Shown: piece by piece, positions 8,213-15,664 of the stretch
Numbering within the stretch: position 1 is the first letter of the stretch
Layout: every line of letters starts with the position of its first letter
IMG/VR virus record: IMGVR_UViG_3300037493_001368
Span: 1 to 28,888 of that record
Source of the DNA: a virus
Lineage: Duplodnaviria; Caudoviricetes
Strand: one strand, 5' to 3'
Length of the DNA: 28,888 nucleotides
Notes under the pieces: model-generated
Databases searched by the model: none
Told to the model about the DNA's origin: nothing
What the model saw: the letters and a program-made list of their open reading frames with translations, nothing else
Translations under genes and position numbers: made by a program

Positions 8213-8877
8213 TGGCTAAGTACACATGGTCATATAGTAGTTTAAATTTATTCCTGCAGTGTCCGCACAAGTATTTCAGGCTTAGAATTAAGAAGGACAT
8301 AGTAGAACCACCTGCAGACCACTTACTATATGGGACGATGGTACACGAGGCCGCTGAACACTACATGAGGGACGGCACGGCTATACCTGAGAAGTTTATA
8401 TTCTTGCAAGAACAACTAAGACCCTTAGAGCAGATTGAGGGCGATAGATACTGTGAGCATAAGATGGGCTTGAAGGAAGACCTAACACCCTGTGACTTTT
8501 ATGACCCTGAAGTTTGGTGGCGTGGTGTAGCTGACTTGCTGATTATCCGTGCAGATAAGGCGTTCTTAGTAGACTACAAGACGAGCAAGAACAGTAAGTA
8601 TGCAGACACTAAGCAGTTAGAAATATTATCTTTAGCTGTGTTTAAACACTTCCCTGATGTTAAAAAGATTAAAGCGGGGTTGATGTTTGTAGTGTCAAAA
8701 GATTTTGTAAAAACAGACTTTACAAATGACAAGCAACATATATACTGGATGAAATGGTTGGAAGATACTAAGCGTTTAGAAGCTTCTATCGAGAAAGAAT
8801 CGTGGAGTCCAAAACCTAACTTCACTTGCAAAGGATGGTGCCCAGTAGTAGACTGTCATCATAATACACGGAGTTAG
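8212..8877 (+). CDS. PD-(D/E)XK exonuclease, Cas4/RecB-like with a four-Cys cluster
   Basis: WSYSSL..F.QCP, GTMVH, RGVADL, VDYKT, QL and C-terminal CKGWCPVVDC; TAATG overlap with the polymerase stop. Confidence 0.85.
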   Translation: MAKYTWSYSSLNLFLQCPHKYFRLRIKKDIVEPPADHLLYGTMVHEAAEHYMRDGTAIPEKFIFLQEQLRPLEQIEGDRYCEHKMGLKEDLTPCDFYDPEVWWRGVADLLIIRADKAFLVDYKTSKNSKYADTKQLEILSLAVFKHFPDVKKIKAGLMFVVSKDFVKTDFTNDKQHIYWMKWLEDTKRLEASIEKESWSPKPNFTCKGWCPVVDCHHNTRS

Positions 8878-8879
8878 CT

Positions 8880-9128
8880 ATGGCTACAAAGAAACGAGAT
8901 TACAAGCAAGACTATGAATTACAACAGAAACGCGGTGAGTTACCCGACCGCATGGAACGCCAACGTGCACGTAGAGCCCTAGATAAAAAAGGGGTTGACC
9001 GCACTGGTAAAGATGTAAGTCATGTAAAGGCATTAAGTAAGGGCGGTTCAAATTCAGATGGGTACTACTTAGAAGACCCAAGTAAGAACCGTGCACGTAA
9101 CTACAAAAAGAAAACTGTAAAGAAATAA
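8880..9128 (+). CDS. small HNH-like endonuclease
   Basis: RDYKQDY...KDVSHVKALSKGGSN...SKNRARN pattern of minimal phage HNH proteins. Confidence 0.7.
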   Translation: MATKKRDYKQDYELQQKRGELPDRMERQRARRALDKKGVDRTGKDVSHVKALSKGGSNSDGYYLEDPSKNRARNYKKKTVKK

Positions 9129-9139
9129 ATTACGACAAG

Positions 9140-9311
9140 TCTCTAGTCTGTTAGGTGCGAGTGGGATTAGAGAGCCGCGATAAATCGGTTCATGGAAAAA
9201 CCACACCAATTAAAGTAGAGCATCCTTTCAAAAGCAAGACCTCGCTTTATGATTTAATCGACTGACCCACGAGACGGGTCACTTACAACGCCAATCGAAA
9301 CATCGATGTGG
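9140..9311 (+). ncRNA. candidate structured RNA or cis-regulatory leader of the helicase gene
   Basis: Five adjacent stem-loops, several with G-U pairs in the + sense (see findings). Confidence 0.4.
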
Positions 9312-9342
9312 TGCAATTCTCTATCGCCGACGGGGGCATTTA

Positions 9343-10890
9343 GTGCAAATTATTGACAACAAAGCATTGCTATTGAAAGTGCGTGACCCACAAAAAATAA
9401 TAACGGTCATACCAAAAAGCAAGCTATTAGATTCAGGTGAAGTGCTAGTACATTGGGGTTTAGAAGAATCTCAAGTGCTAAAGAACCTTCGCTACAAAAG
9501 CGTACCTAGTCCCATTTTGGGACAATACCAATGGCCTGGCCTATACAAGCCATTTAACCATCAGAAGACCACTGCGTCTTTCTTAACCCTGCACCGCAAA
9601 GCATTTTGTTTTAGCGAGATGGGTACAGGCAAGACAGGTAGCGTTATATGGGCGGCTGACTACCTAATGAACATCGGCGCTATTAAACGTGTTTTAGTAT
9701 TGTGCCCGCTATCAATCATGCAGTCCGCATGGCAAAACGATATCTTTAAATTTGCGCTCCACCGTACGTGTGTGATTGCGCATAGTCATTCCCGAGAGAA
9801 ACGCATTAAGGCTATCAACAGCGATGCCGACTTCGTTATCTGTAACTTCGACGGGCTTGAGATTATTAGCGAAGAAGTGGCTAAGAACAACTTTGATTTA
9901 ATCGTAGTAGACGAAGCCAACGCATACAAGAACCCACAGACTAAACGCTGGAAAGTATTGAACGCACTGGTAAAACCGGATACTTGGTTATGGATGATGA
10001 CGGGTACTCCAGCGGCACAATCCCCCACAGATGCATTCGGGTTAGCTAAGTTGGTCAGTCCTGCATCAGTGCCTAAGTTCTTCGGCGGGTTTAGAGACAT
10101 GGTGATGCAACGCCTAACGCAATTCAAATGGGTACCACGTGCACGGTCAGAGGATATCGTATTCCAAGCACTGCAACCGGCTATCCGATACACCAAAGAA
10201 GAATGCTTGGACTTACCGGAAGTTACCCATGTATTTAGGGAGACACCACTATCTAAGCAACAAGTAAAGTATTACGAACTACTTCGCAAGCAGATGACTA
10301 CCGTAGCGGCAGGGGAAGAAATTACAACCGTCAATGCGGCCGCCAACTTAAATAAACTATTGCAGTTAAGCGCAGGTGCAGTCTACTCGGATAGTGGAGA
10401 AGTCGTGGCGTTCGATTGTGCTGAGCGTATGAGTGCATTAAAAGAAGTTATCGAAGAGGCTAGCCACAAGGTCTTAATCTTTGCTCCGTTCAAACATGTT
10501 ATCCATCAGATTTCAACTGAGCTAACAGCATGCGGCATCTCCAATGCAATTATCAACGGCGAAGTATCTGCCACTAAACGGACGTCAATCTTTGCACAGT
10601 TCCAAGATACGCAAGACCCGAAGGTGCTAGTCATTCAACCACAGGCCGCGGCTCACGGAGTAACACTTCATGCGGCAAACGTAATTGTATGGTGGGCACC
10701 GATTACTTCTATCGAAACTTACTTGCAAGCCAATGCCCGTGTACACCGCGCAGGGCAAAGAAACCCAGTTACCGTTGTGCACTTGCAGGGTAGTCCGGTA
10801 GAGACCCGTGTATATAAGATGTTGGACGAGAAAGTTGATATACATTCACGGATGATTGACTTGTACAAAACAGTTATAGAAGAAGGTTGA
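9343..10890 (+). CDS. SNF2-family (SF2) helicase
   Basis: Q motif PFNHQ, Walker A EMGTGKT, DEAN box, MTGTP, HGVTL, QANARVHRAGQ; GTG start with GGGGG RBS. Confidence 0.92.
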   Translation: MQIIDNKALLLKVRDPQKIITVIPKSKLLDSGEVLVHWGLEESQVLKNLRYKSVPSPILGQYQWPGLYKPFNHQKTTASFLTLHRKAFCFSEMGTGKTGSVIWAADYLMNIGAIKRVLVLCPLSIMQSAWQNDIFKFALHRTCVIAHSHSREKRIKAINSDADFVICNFDGLEIISEEVAKNNFDLIVVDEANAYKNPQTKRWKVLNALVKPDTWLWMMTGTPAAQSPTDAFGLAKLVSPASVPKFFGGFRDMVMQRLTQFKWVPRARSEDIVFQALQPAIRYTKEECLDLPEVTHVFRETPLSKQQVKYYELLRKQMTTVAAGEEITTVNAAANLNKLLQLSAGAVYSDSGEVVAFDCAERMSALKEVIEEASHKVLIFAPFKHVIHQISTELTACGISNAIINGEVSATKRTSIFAQFQDTQDPKVLVIQPQAAAHGVTLHAANVIVWWAPITSIETYLQANARVHRAGQRNPVTVVHLQGSPVETRVYKMLDEKVDIHSRMIDLYKTVIEEG

Positions 10891-10915
10891 CATTGTTAAA
10901 CATAAGGAGTAATAT
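10887..10915 (+). promoter_or_regulatory. sigma70 promoter with a palindromic operator over the -35
   Basis: TTGACA(10887-10892)-17 nt-TAATAT(10910-10915); imperfect palindrome TTGACA-T-TGTTAA. Confidence 0.7.
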
Positions 10916-10943
10916 AAAATTTCACTGGATATAAGGAGGTACT

Positions 10944-11345
10944 ATGTCAGAAGAAAAAGTAGACTTAGCTAAGAAGTTAGTTAAGATTTACGTAAAAATT
11001 AGGGACAAACGTAGAGCAATCTCTGCGGCATATGAAGAAGAAGACAAAGCTTTAGAAGCGCAATTAGATGTAATTAATAATGAGCTTTTAGAAATACTTA
11101 AAACGATGGGCGCTGAAAGTATGCGTACAGAATTTGGTACGGTTACAAAGCGGATTTACAAACGCTACGACACGAACGATTGGTATTCATTCCATAACTT
11201 CATTAAAGAGCACGATGCATTAGATTTATTAGAGAAGCGAGTTAGTCAAGGCAACATGACTCAATTCCTAGAGGATTACCCCGACCTGCATCCACCGGGA
11301 TTAAACGTAAACAGCAGATACGCAGTAGTTATTACTAAAAAATAG
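10944..11345 (+). CDS. conserved-type phage replication-module protein (coiled-coil N-terminus)
   Basis: 133 aa with TAAGGAGGT RBS; YVKIRD, SMRTEFGTV, DW..F..FI, LLEKRV, PPGLNV motifs. Confidence 0.8.
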   Translation: MSEEKVDLAKKLVKIYVKIRDKRRAISAAYEEEDKALEAQLDVINNELLEILKTMGAESMRTEFGTVTKRIYKRYDTNDWYSFHNFIKEHDALDLLEKRVSQGNMTQFLEDYPDLHPPGLNVNSRYAVVITKK

Positions 11346-11354
11346 GAGATACAA

Positions 11355-12257
11355 ATGTCTACAGATTTAGCATTATCAAACATGCCCTTACCGGCTCACT
11401 TACAAAAGTTCGAACTAGATGCAACTACAAAAGCATTGATGGGCGGCGGTGAAGGTTCTAACAATCATCGTATTTCTATCCGTGGTCGTGTATTCCGCAT
11501 GATTTCAGGTGGCAAAGAAGTTGCGGCTAGTGAAGCAAATACCATGAACGTAATCATCGTTGCGGCGGCAGAGCACATATCGCGTACATTCTACGAAGGC
11601 GCATATGACCCCAGTAAAGAAGCTACCCCACCTGATTGTTGGTCGGCTGATGGCATAACACCGGACGCAAAAGCAAACAATGCGCAAGCTAAGAAGTGTA
11701 TGGACTGCAAACAAAACGTCGGTGGTTCCGGTTCCAATGGTTCACGTGCTTGCCGTTACCGTCAACGTGTTGCGGTGTTGTTAGAGAATGACCCACGTGG
11801 TGACGTGTACCAATTAGACTTATCAGCTACTTCAATCTTCGGTGACGCAGATAATGGTCGTATGCCTTTACAAGCGTATGGTCGTTACTTAGGTGCGCAA
11901 GGTGTGCCTGTCTCTGCAGTGGTTACTGAGATGAAGTTTGATATCAACGCAGATACACCAAAACTTACTTTCAAACCTGTCAGCTATTTAGATAACGACG
12001 CGTTCATGAATGCCATGGAGAAAGGCAAATCAGAAGCGGCTAAGCGTTGTGTCACTATGACAGTAGCTCCACCAAAAGCGGCACAAGCGGCTATCGCAGC
12101 ACCTAAACCAACAGCGGCCCCTGCACCAGCACCGGAAGCAAAAGTTGAGGAAGTAGAAGCTGAGCCAGTCGTAGTCAAGGCTAAGAAAGAGGAAGCAGCC
12201 CCTGCACCAAAAGCAGATATGTCTTCTATTCTAAGTACTTGGGATGATGAGGAATAA
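11355..12257 (+). CDS. putative single-stranded DNA-binding protein
   Basis: Beta-rich core with Cys cluster (PDCWS, CMDC, ACR), Ala/Pro linker, acidic tail WDDEE; located in the replication module. Confidence 0.65.
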   Translation: MSTDLALSNMPLPAHLQKFELDATTKALMGGGEGSNNHRISIRGRVFRMISGGKEVAASEANTMNVIIVAAAEHISRTFYEGAYDPSKEATPPDCWSADGITPDAKANNAQAKKCMDCKQNVGGSGSNGSRACRYRQRVAVLLENDPRGDVYQLDLSATSIFGDADNGRMPLQAYGRYLGAQGVPVSAVVTEMKFDINADTPKLTFKPVSYLDNDAFMNAMEKGKSEAAKRCVTMTVAPPKAAQAAIAAPKPTAAPAPAPEAKVEEVEAEPVVVKAKKEEAAPAPKADMSSILSTWDDEE

Positions 12258-12259
12258 TC

Positions 12260-12508
12260 ATGGTAGCTTCTACACGAGGCTATTCTACGGGATTCATCGA
12301 CGACGTTAACGCGGCAGATAATACAATGGTGGGGGTGCAGTTAGCCCTTGCCTGTATTATGTCGAATGTTCCAGTAATGAAAATAGCCAAGCACTTTGGA
12401 GTATCTCGTACTACCGTCTACGCATGGTTCAAAGGGGAAAGCAACGTCCCTAGACGTCACCATGAGAAGATTAATGTTCTGCTTCATGAATTGCATGTAG
12501 CAGGTTAG
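12260..12508 (+). CDS. Cro/CI-like HTH regulator
   Basis: PVMKIAKHFGVSRTTVYAWFKG helix-turn-helix; GAGG RBS. Confidence 0.85.
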   Translation: MVASTRGYSTGFIDDVNAADNTMVGVQLALACIMSNVPVMKIAKHFGVSRTTVYAWFKGESNVPRRHHEKINVLLHELHVAG

Positions 12509-12514
12509 CAAGTA

Positions 12515-12593
12515 ATGGGGGGCTAGGTTAGCCACCAAAAGAGCACTGCCGTCGTGCTTTGCCCCTATAATTTTAACGGTTGAGGACGGTATG
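12515..12593 (+). promoter_or_regulatory. candidate cis-regulatory RNA (junction plus pseudoknot) over the primase RBS
   Basis: Three stems; loop TGCCGTC is complementary to GACGGTA spanning the end of the SD and the A of the ATG. Confidence 0.55.
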
Positions 12594-15440
12594 AATACTC
12601 CAAAGGAATTTTTAGAATCAGTATTGCCCGCAGGTGGTAAATACTTTCTGTTTGGAATAAAGCAAGGGGACGGGGAAGCCTCTAACACAGTACGTCAAAT
12701 AGGCATTGAAACTATTGATGAGTTGTTGGAGAAATCAGCAGGGTTTGTAGAGAAAGGGTTTGATGCGTTCTTCGCATTGGCGTCTTTTAAAACAACGAAA
12801 TCCCGTATTGTTGCAAATATAAACGAACTAAAGTCTTACTACCTAGACATTGATTGTGGGGAAGGGAAACCCTATGCCAATGCTGTGGAAGGTATGAAAG
12901 CATTACGTCAGTACTGCAAGCAAGTTGGTATGCCCAAACCTACGGTGGTTTCATCAGGCCGTGGACTACATGCATACTGGCCGTTTACAGAAGCAGTGTC
13001 GTATATAGACTGGATACCCCATGCAGAAGCATTTAAGAAATCATGTATCGCGCACAAGTTTGATATCGATTTAAGCGTACCTGCTGACGGTGCGAGGGTG
13101 CTTCGCATCCCGGGAACTATGCATTTGAAAGACCCGAACAACCCACTACCCGTAGCGATAGTTACGCAGGGTGAACCGAGCGCGTTCAGTGTATTTAAAG
13201 AACTATTCCCTGCAGATAGTGGTGGTCTTGCTATCGCTGGTAAACGATTGAACTATGGTGCCTTAGATGAAACTACTAAGCGGACTATGGGCAACATGGA
13301 ACATTCGTTTAAACGAATCATGCAGAGAAGTATGAAGGGAGAAGGATGTAATCAGCTAAAACATATATTTGAAAACCAAGAATCGATTAGCTACGATATG
13401 TGGCGAGCAGGACTATCTATTGCAAACAAATGCACGGATAGAGAGATAGCGATTGTTAAGATGTCTGAGAAACATCCGGGGTATAACTACAACACCGCAA
13501 TGACTAAGGCGGCCGACACTACTCCACACAGATGTAGTACATTTAAAGAGTTAAACCCTATGGGTTGTGAAGGGTGTAAGCACAAGATAACTACCCCACT
13601 TCACTTAGACTCCGCAGTCATAGAAGCTACGGCTGAAGACAACATCATAGTATCAATAGATAAAGAAACAAAAGAGCAAGTAACATACACAATACCGCCA
13701 TACCCGTTCCCGTTTGCTAGGGGCAAGTTAGGCGGCGTATATAAAAAGGGAGATGAGGATGAACCGGATATCTTAGTTTATGCCCACGACTTCTATGCAA
13801 CACAACGAATTAAAGACCCCGAACTGGGGCACACAATAGTCTTTAAACTACACTCGCCAAAAGATGGTGTTATAGAGTTTGCGGCACCCCTAGCATCTAT
13901 TATGTCTAGGGATAAATTCCGAGATACTCTTGCACATCATGGGATGGCAGTATTACCAAAACAGGTGGATTTACTTATGTCATATGCAGCAAAATGGGTT
14001 GAGCAAATGCAAACAACCAATGAATTAGAACACGCACGTACCCAATTTGGGTGGACTCCAGACAACGACGCAATCATTATCGGGAGCGATGAAGTACGAG
14101 CAACAGAAATTAGGCACAGCCCCCCAACGACACAAACCTTAGCGTTTATACCAACGTACCAAACAAAAGGTAGCTTTGACGTATGGAAAGATGTAGTTAA
14201 CGTATATGGTAAGGCAGGTATGGAGCCTCGAGCATTTGCATTCTTCTTAGGGTTCGGCTCACTATTAGTCCGTCATACTAAGGTAGAGGGTTTTGTATTG
14301 CACTTGATGAGTAACGCATCGGGTTCAGGTAAGTCTACAATCTTACACGCTATCGCAAGTATCTACGGTAATCCGAAACCACAGATTGTTAACGCTAAAG
14401 ATACGCAAAACTCTAAGATGCAAATCATGGGTACACTGCATAACTTCCCTGCGTTGTTCGATGAGATTACTAACATGCCCCCGCTTGAGAAATCAGATGT
14501 GGTATATCAAGCAACACAAGGCCGTGCTAAACATAAAGCCAAAGCACAGGAAAGCGGCATCCGTGTAAATACAACATCATGGGAAACCGCACTGATTAGT
14601 ACCGGAAACAGTTCATTAGTGGATGACTTACTATCCCTTAAAGCAATCCCTGATGGCGAGCTAAACCGTTTACTTGAGTTCTATATCGAGAAGGATGAAG
14701 ACGCAGACCCAACATGGTCACGCACTCACTTCGGTAAACTATACGACAACTACGGGCATGCTATTCGTCCGTTTGCCCAATACCTTGTAGCTAACCTAGA
14801 AGCGGTAAAAGATTTGATGGAGCAAGTGCAACAGCGCATAGAGAAGTTAGCAGACGCCCAACCATCAGAACGCTTTTGGCTAGTGATGGCATCCGTAGCA
14901 ATTACCGCGGGTATTATCTCAAGACGCCTAGGACTGCATGATATCGACCATGTACCTGTAATGCATTTTATCGTTGACCATATCAAGGCGTCACGTGTAA
15001 GCGTCAAGAAATATATTGCCGACCCTGCTGAAAGTATATCAGCCTACTTATACAGTCACTTGGATGAAATGGTTATCGCTAACGGCATCAAGGATAAACG
15101 CACTAGCTTAGATTCACAGGCTATACGTGAGCCCCGCGGTAAGGTTATGTCTATTAGGTACGAGCCGGATACCAAGGCACTATACGTGTCAACCGCGGCA
15201 TACCGTCAGTATTGTCAGAAGTTGCAGATTGGATTTGATGAATCTCTTCGTCCGCACAAGAAATCAAATGCATTAATCTCTGATGAGAACAAGAAACGAT
15301 TGGGTGCAGGTACTTCGTTTAGTGCGATGAACGGCATTGCGGTACTACACTTCGATGCTACCAAACTTCCTAACTTTGATGAAAAGGCGCTAGAAGATGC
15401 TATCAGTACTGGGTCTGCCGATAGAGATACAGTGGTCTAA
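12591..15440 (+). CDS. AEP-type primase fused to a DUF927/P-loop helicase domain
   Basis: YLDID, SSGRGLHAYW, RVLRIPGT primase motifs; Cys cluster C..F...CEGC; FGW; Walker A SGSGKST; Walker B LFDEIT. Confidence 0.88.
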   Translation: MNTPKEFLESVLPAGGKYFLFGIKQGDGEASNTVRQIGIETIDELLEKSAGFVEKGFDAFFALASFKTTKSRIVANINELKSYYLDIDCGEGKPYANAVEGMKALRQYCKQVGMPKPTVVSSGRGLHAYWPFTEAVSYIDWIPHAEAFKKSCIAHKFDIDLSVPADGARVLRIPGTMHLKDPNNPLPVAIVTQGEPSAFSVFKELFPADSGGLAIAGKRLNYGALDETTKRTMGNMEHSFKRIMQRSMKGEGCNQLKHIFENQESISYDMWRAGLSIANKCTDREIAIVKMSEKHPGYNYNTAMTKAADTTPHRCSTFKELNPMGCEGCKHKITTPLHLDSAVIEATAEDNIIVSIDKETKEQVTYTIPPYPFPFARGKLGGVYKKGDEDEPDILVYAHDFYATQRIKDPELGHTIVFKLHSPKDGVIEFAAPLASIMSRDKFRDTLAHHGMAVLPKQVDLLMSYAAKWVEQMQTTNELEHARTQFGWTPDNDAIIIGSDEVRATEIRHSPPTTQTLAFIPTYQTKGSFDVWKDVVNVYGKAGMEPRAFAFFLGFGSLLVRHTKVEGFVLHLMSNASGSGKSTILHAIASIYGNPKPQIVNAKDTQNSKMQIMGTLHNFPALFDEITNMPPLEKSDVVYQATQGRAKHKAKAQESGIRVNTTSWETALISTGNSSLVDDLLSLKAIPDGELNRLLEFYIEKDEDADPTWSRTHFGKLYDNYGHAIRPFAQYLVANLEAVKDLMEQVQQRIEKLADAQPSERFWLVMASVAITAGIISRRLGLHDIDHVPVMHFIVDHIKASRVSVKKYIADPAESISAYLYSHLDEMVIANGIKDKRTSLDSQAIREPRGKVMSIRYEPDTKALYVSTAAYRQYCQKLQIGFDESLRPHKKSNALISDENKKRLGAGTSFSAMNGIAVLHFDATKLPNFDEKALEDAISTGSADRDTVV

Positions 15441-15594
15441 GTTTGATGTGGGCACTTCTATATTTATTCCCTGCATTAATAGGGTGCCCGTAGCGAACTA
15501 CGTAACTAAGGTTACGCAAAGATTGAAGTTCCGAATAGTTATTAAATTTGTCGTAGAAAATGACGTGTATGGCTTGCGCGTTTGGCGAATTTAG
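15397..15594 (+). CDS. small conserved-type phage protein
   Basis: 65 aa (WSKFDVGTSIFIPC...GLRVWRI) overlapping the primase 3' end. Confidence 0.7.
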   Translation: MLSVLGLPIEIQWSKFDVGTSIFIPCINRVPVANYVTKVTQRLKFRIVIKFVVENDVYGLRVWRI

Positions 15595-15602
15595 TATAGG
15601 AT
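15574..15602 (+). promoter_or_regulatory. putative sigma70 promoter for a short non-coding transcript
   Basis: TTGCGC(15574-15579)-17 nt-TAGGAT(15597-15602). Confidence 0.45.
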
Positions 15603-15608
15603 GCTTTT

Positions 15609-15664
15609 GCGATTCCCCGTCGCTTAGTACCCCCTCAGACCCCGCTTCGGCGGGGTTTTCTTTT
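15609..15664 (+). ncRNA. candidate C-rich small RNA (about 56 nt)
   Basis: 5' hairpin GCGA-TTCCCCG-TCGC, single-stranded TAGTACCCCCTC, terminator hairpin; no ORF. Confidence 0.4.
15637..15664 (+). terminator. Rho-independent terminator with a C(UUCG)G loop
   Basis: AGACCCCGC-TTCG-GCGGGGTTT followed by TCTTTT at the convergence of the two gene blocks. Confidence 0.9.

Noticed and set aside
8212-8877. Cas4-like nuclease as evidence of a CRISPR system
   Set aside because: No repeat-spacer array or other cas genes; its position next to the polymerase fits an ordinary phage replication exonuclease.
8880-9342. HNH gene plus structured RNA as a group I intron
   Set aside because: The flanking exonuclease and helicase genes are complete and unrelated, and I could not identify group I core elements.
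699-15007. Minus-strand and alternative-frame ORFs within the early/replication block (e.g. 3159-3635, 9786-10196, 12341-12688)
   Set aside because: They overlap well-supported + strand genes and lack protein-like features.
15637-15664. Terminator as strongly bidirectional
   Set aside because: The minus-strand reading has no U-tract after the hairpin, so only + strand termination is supported.
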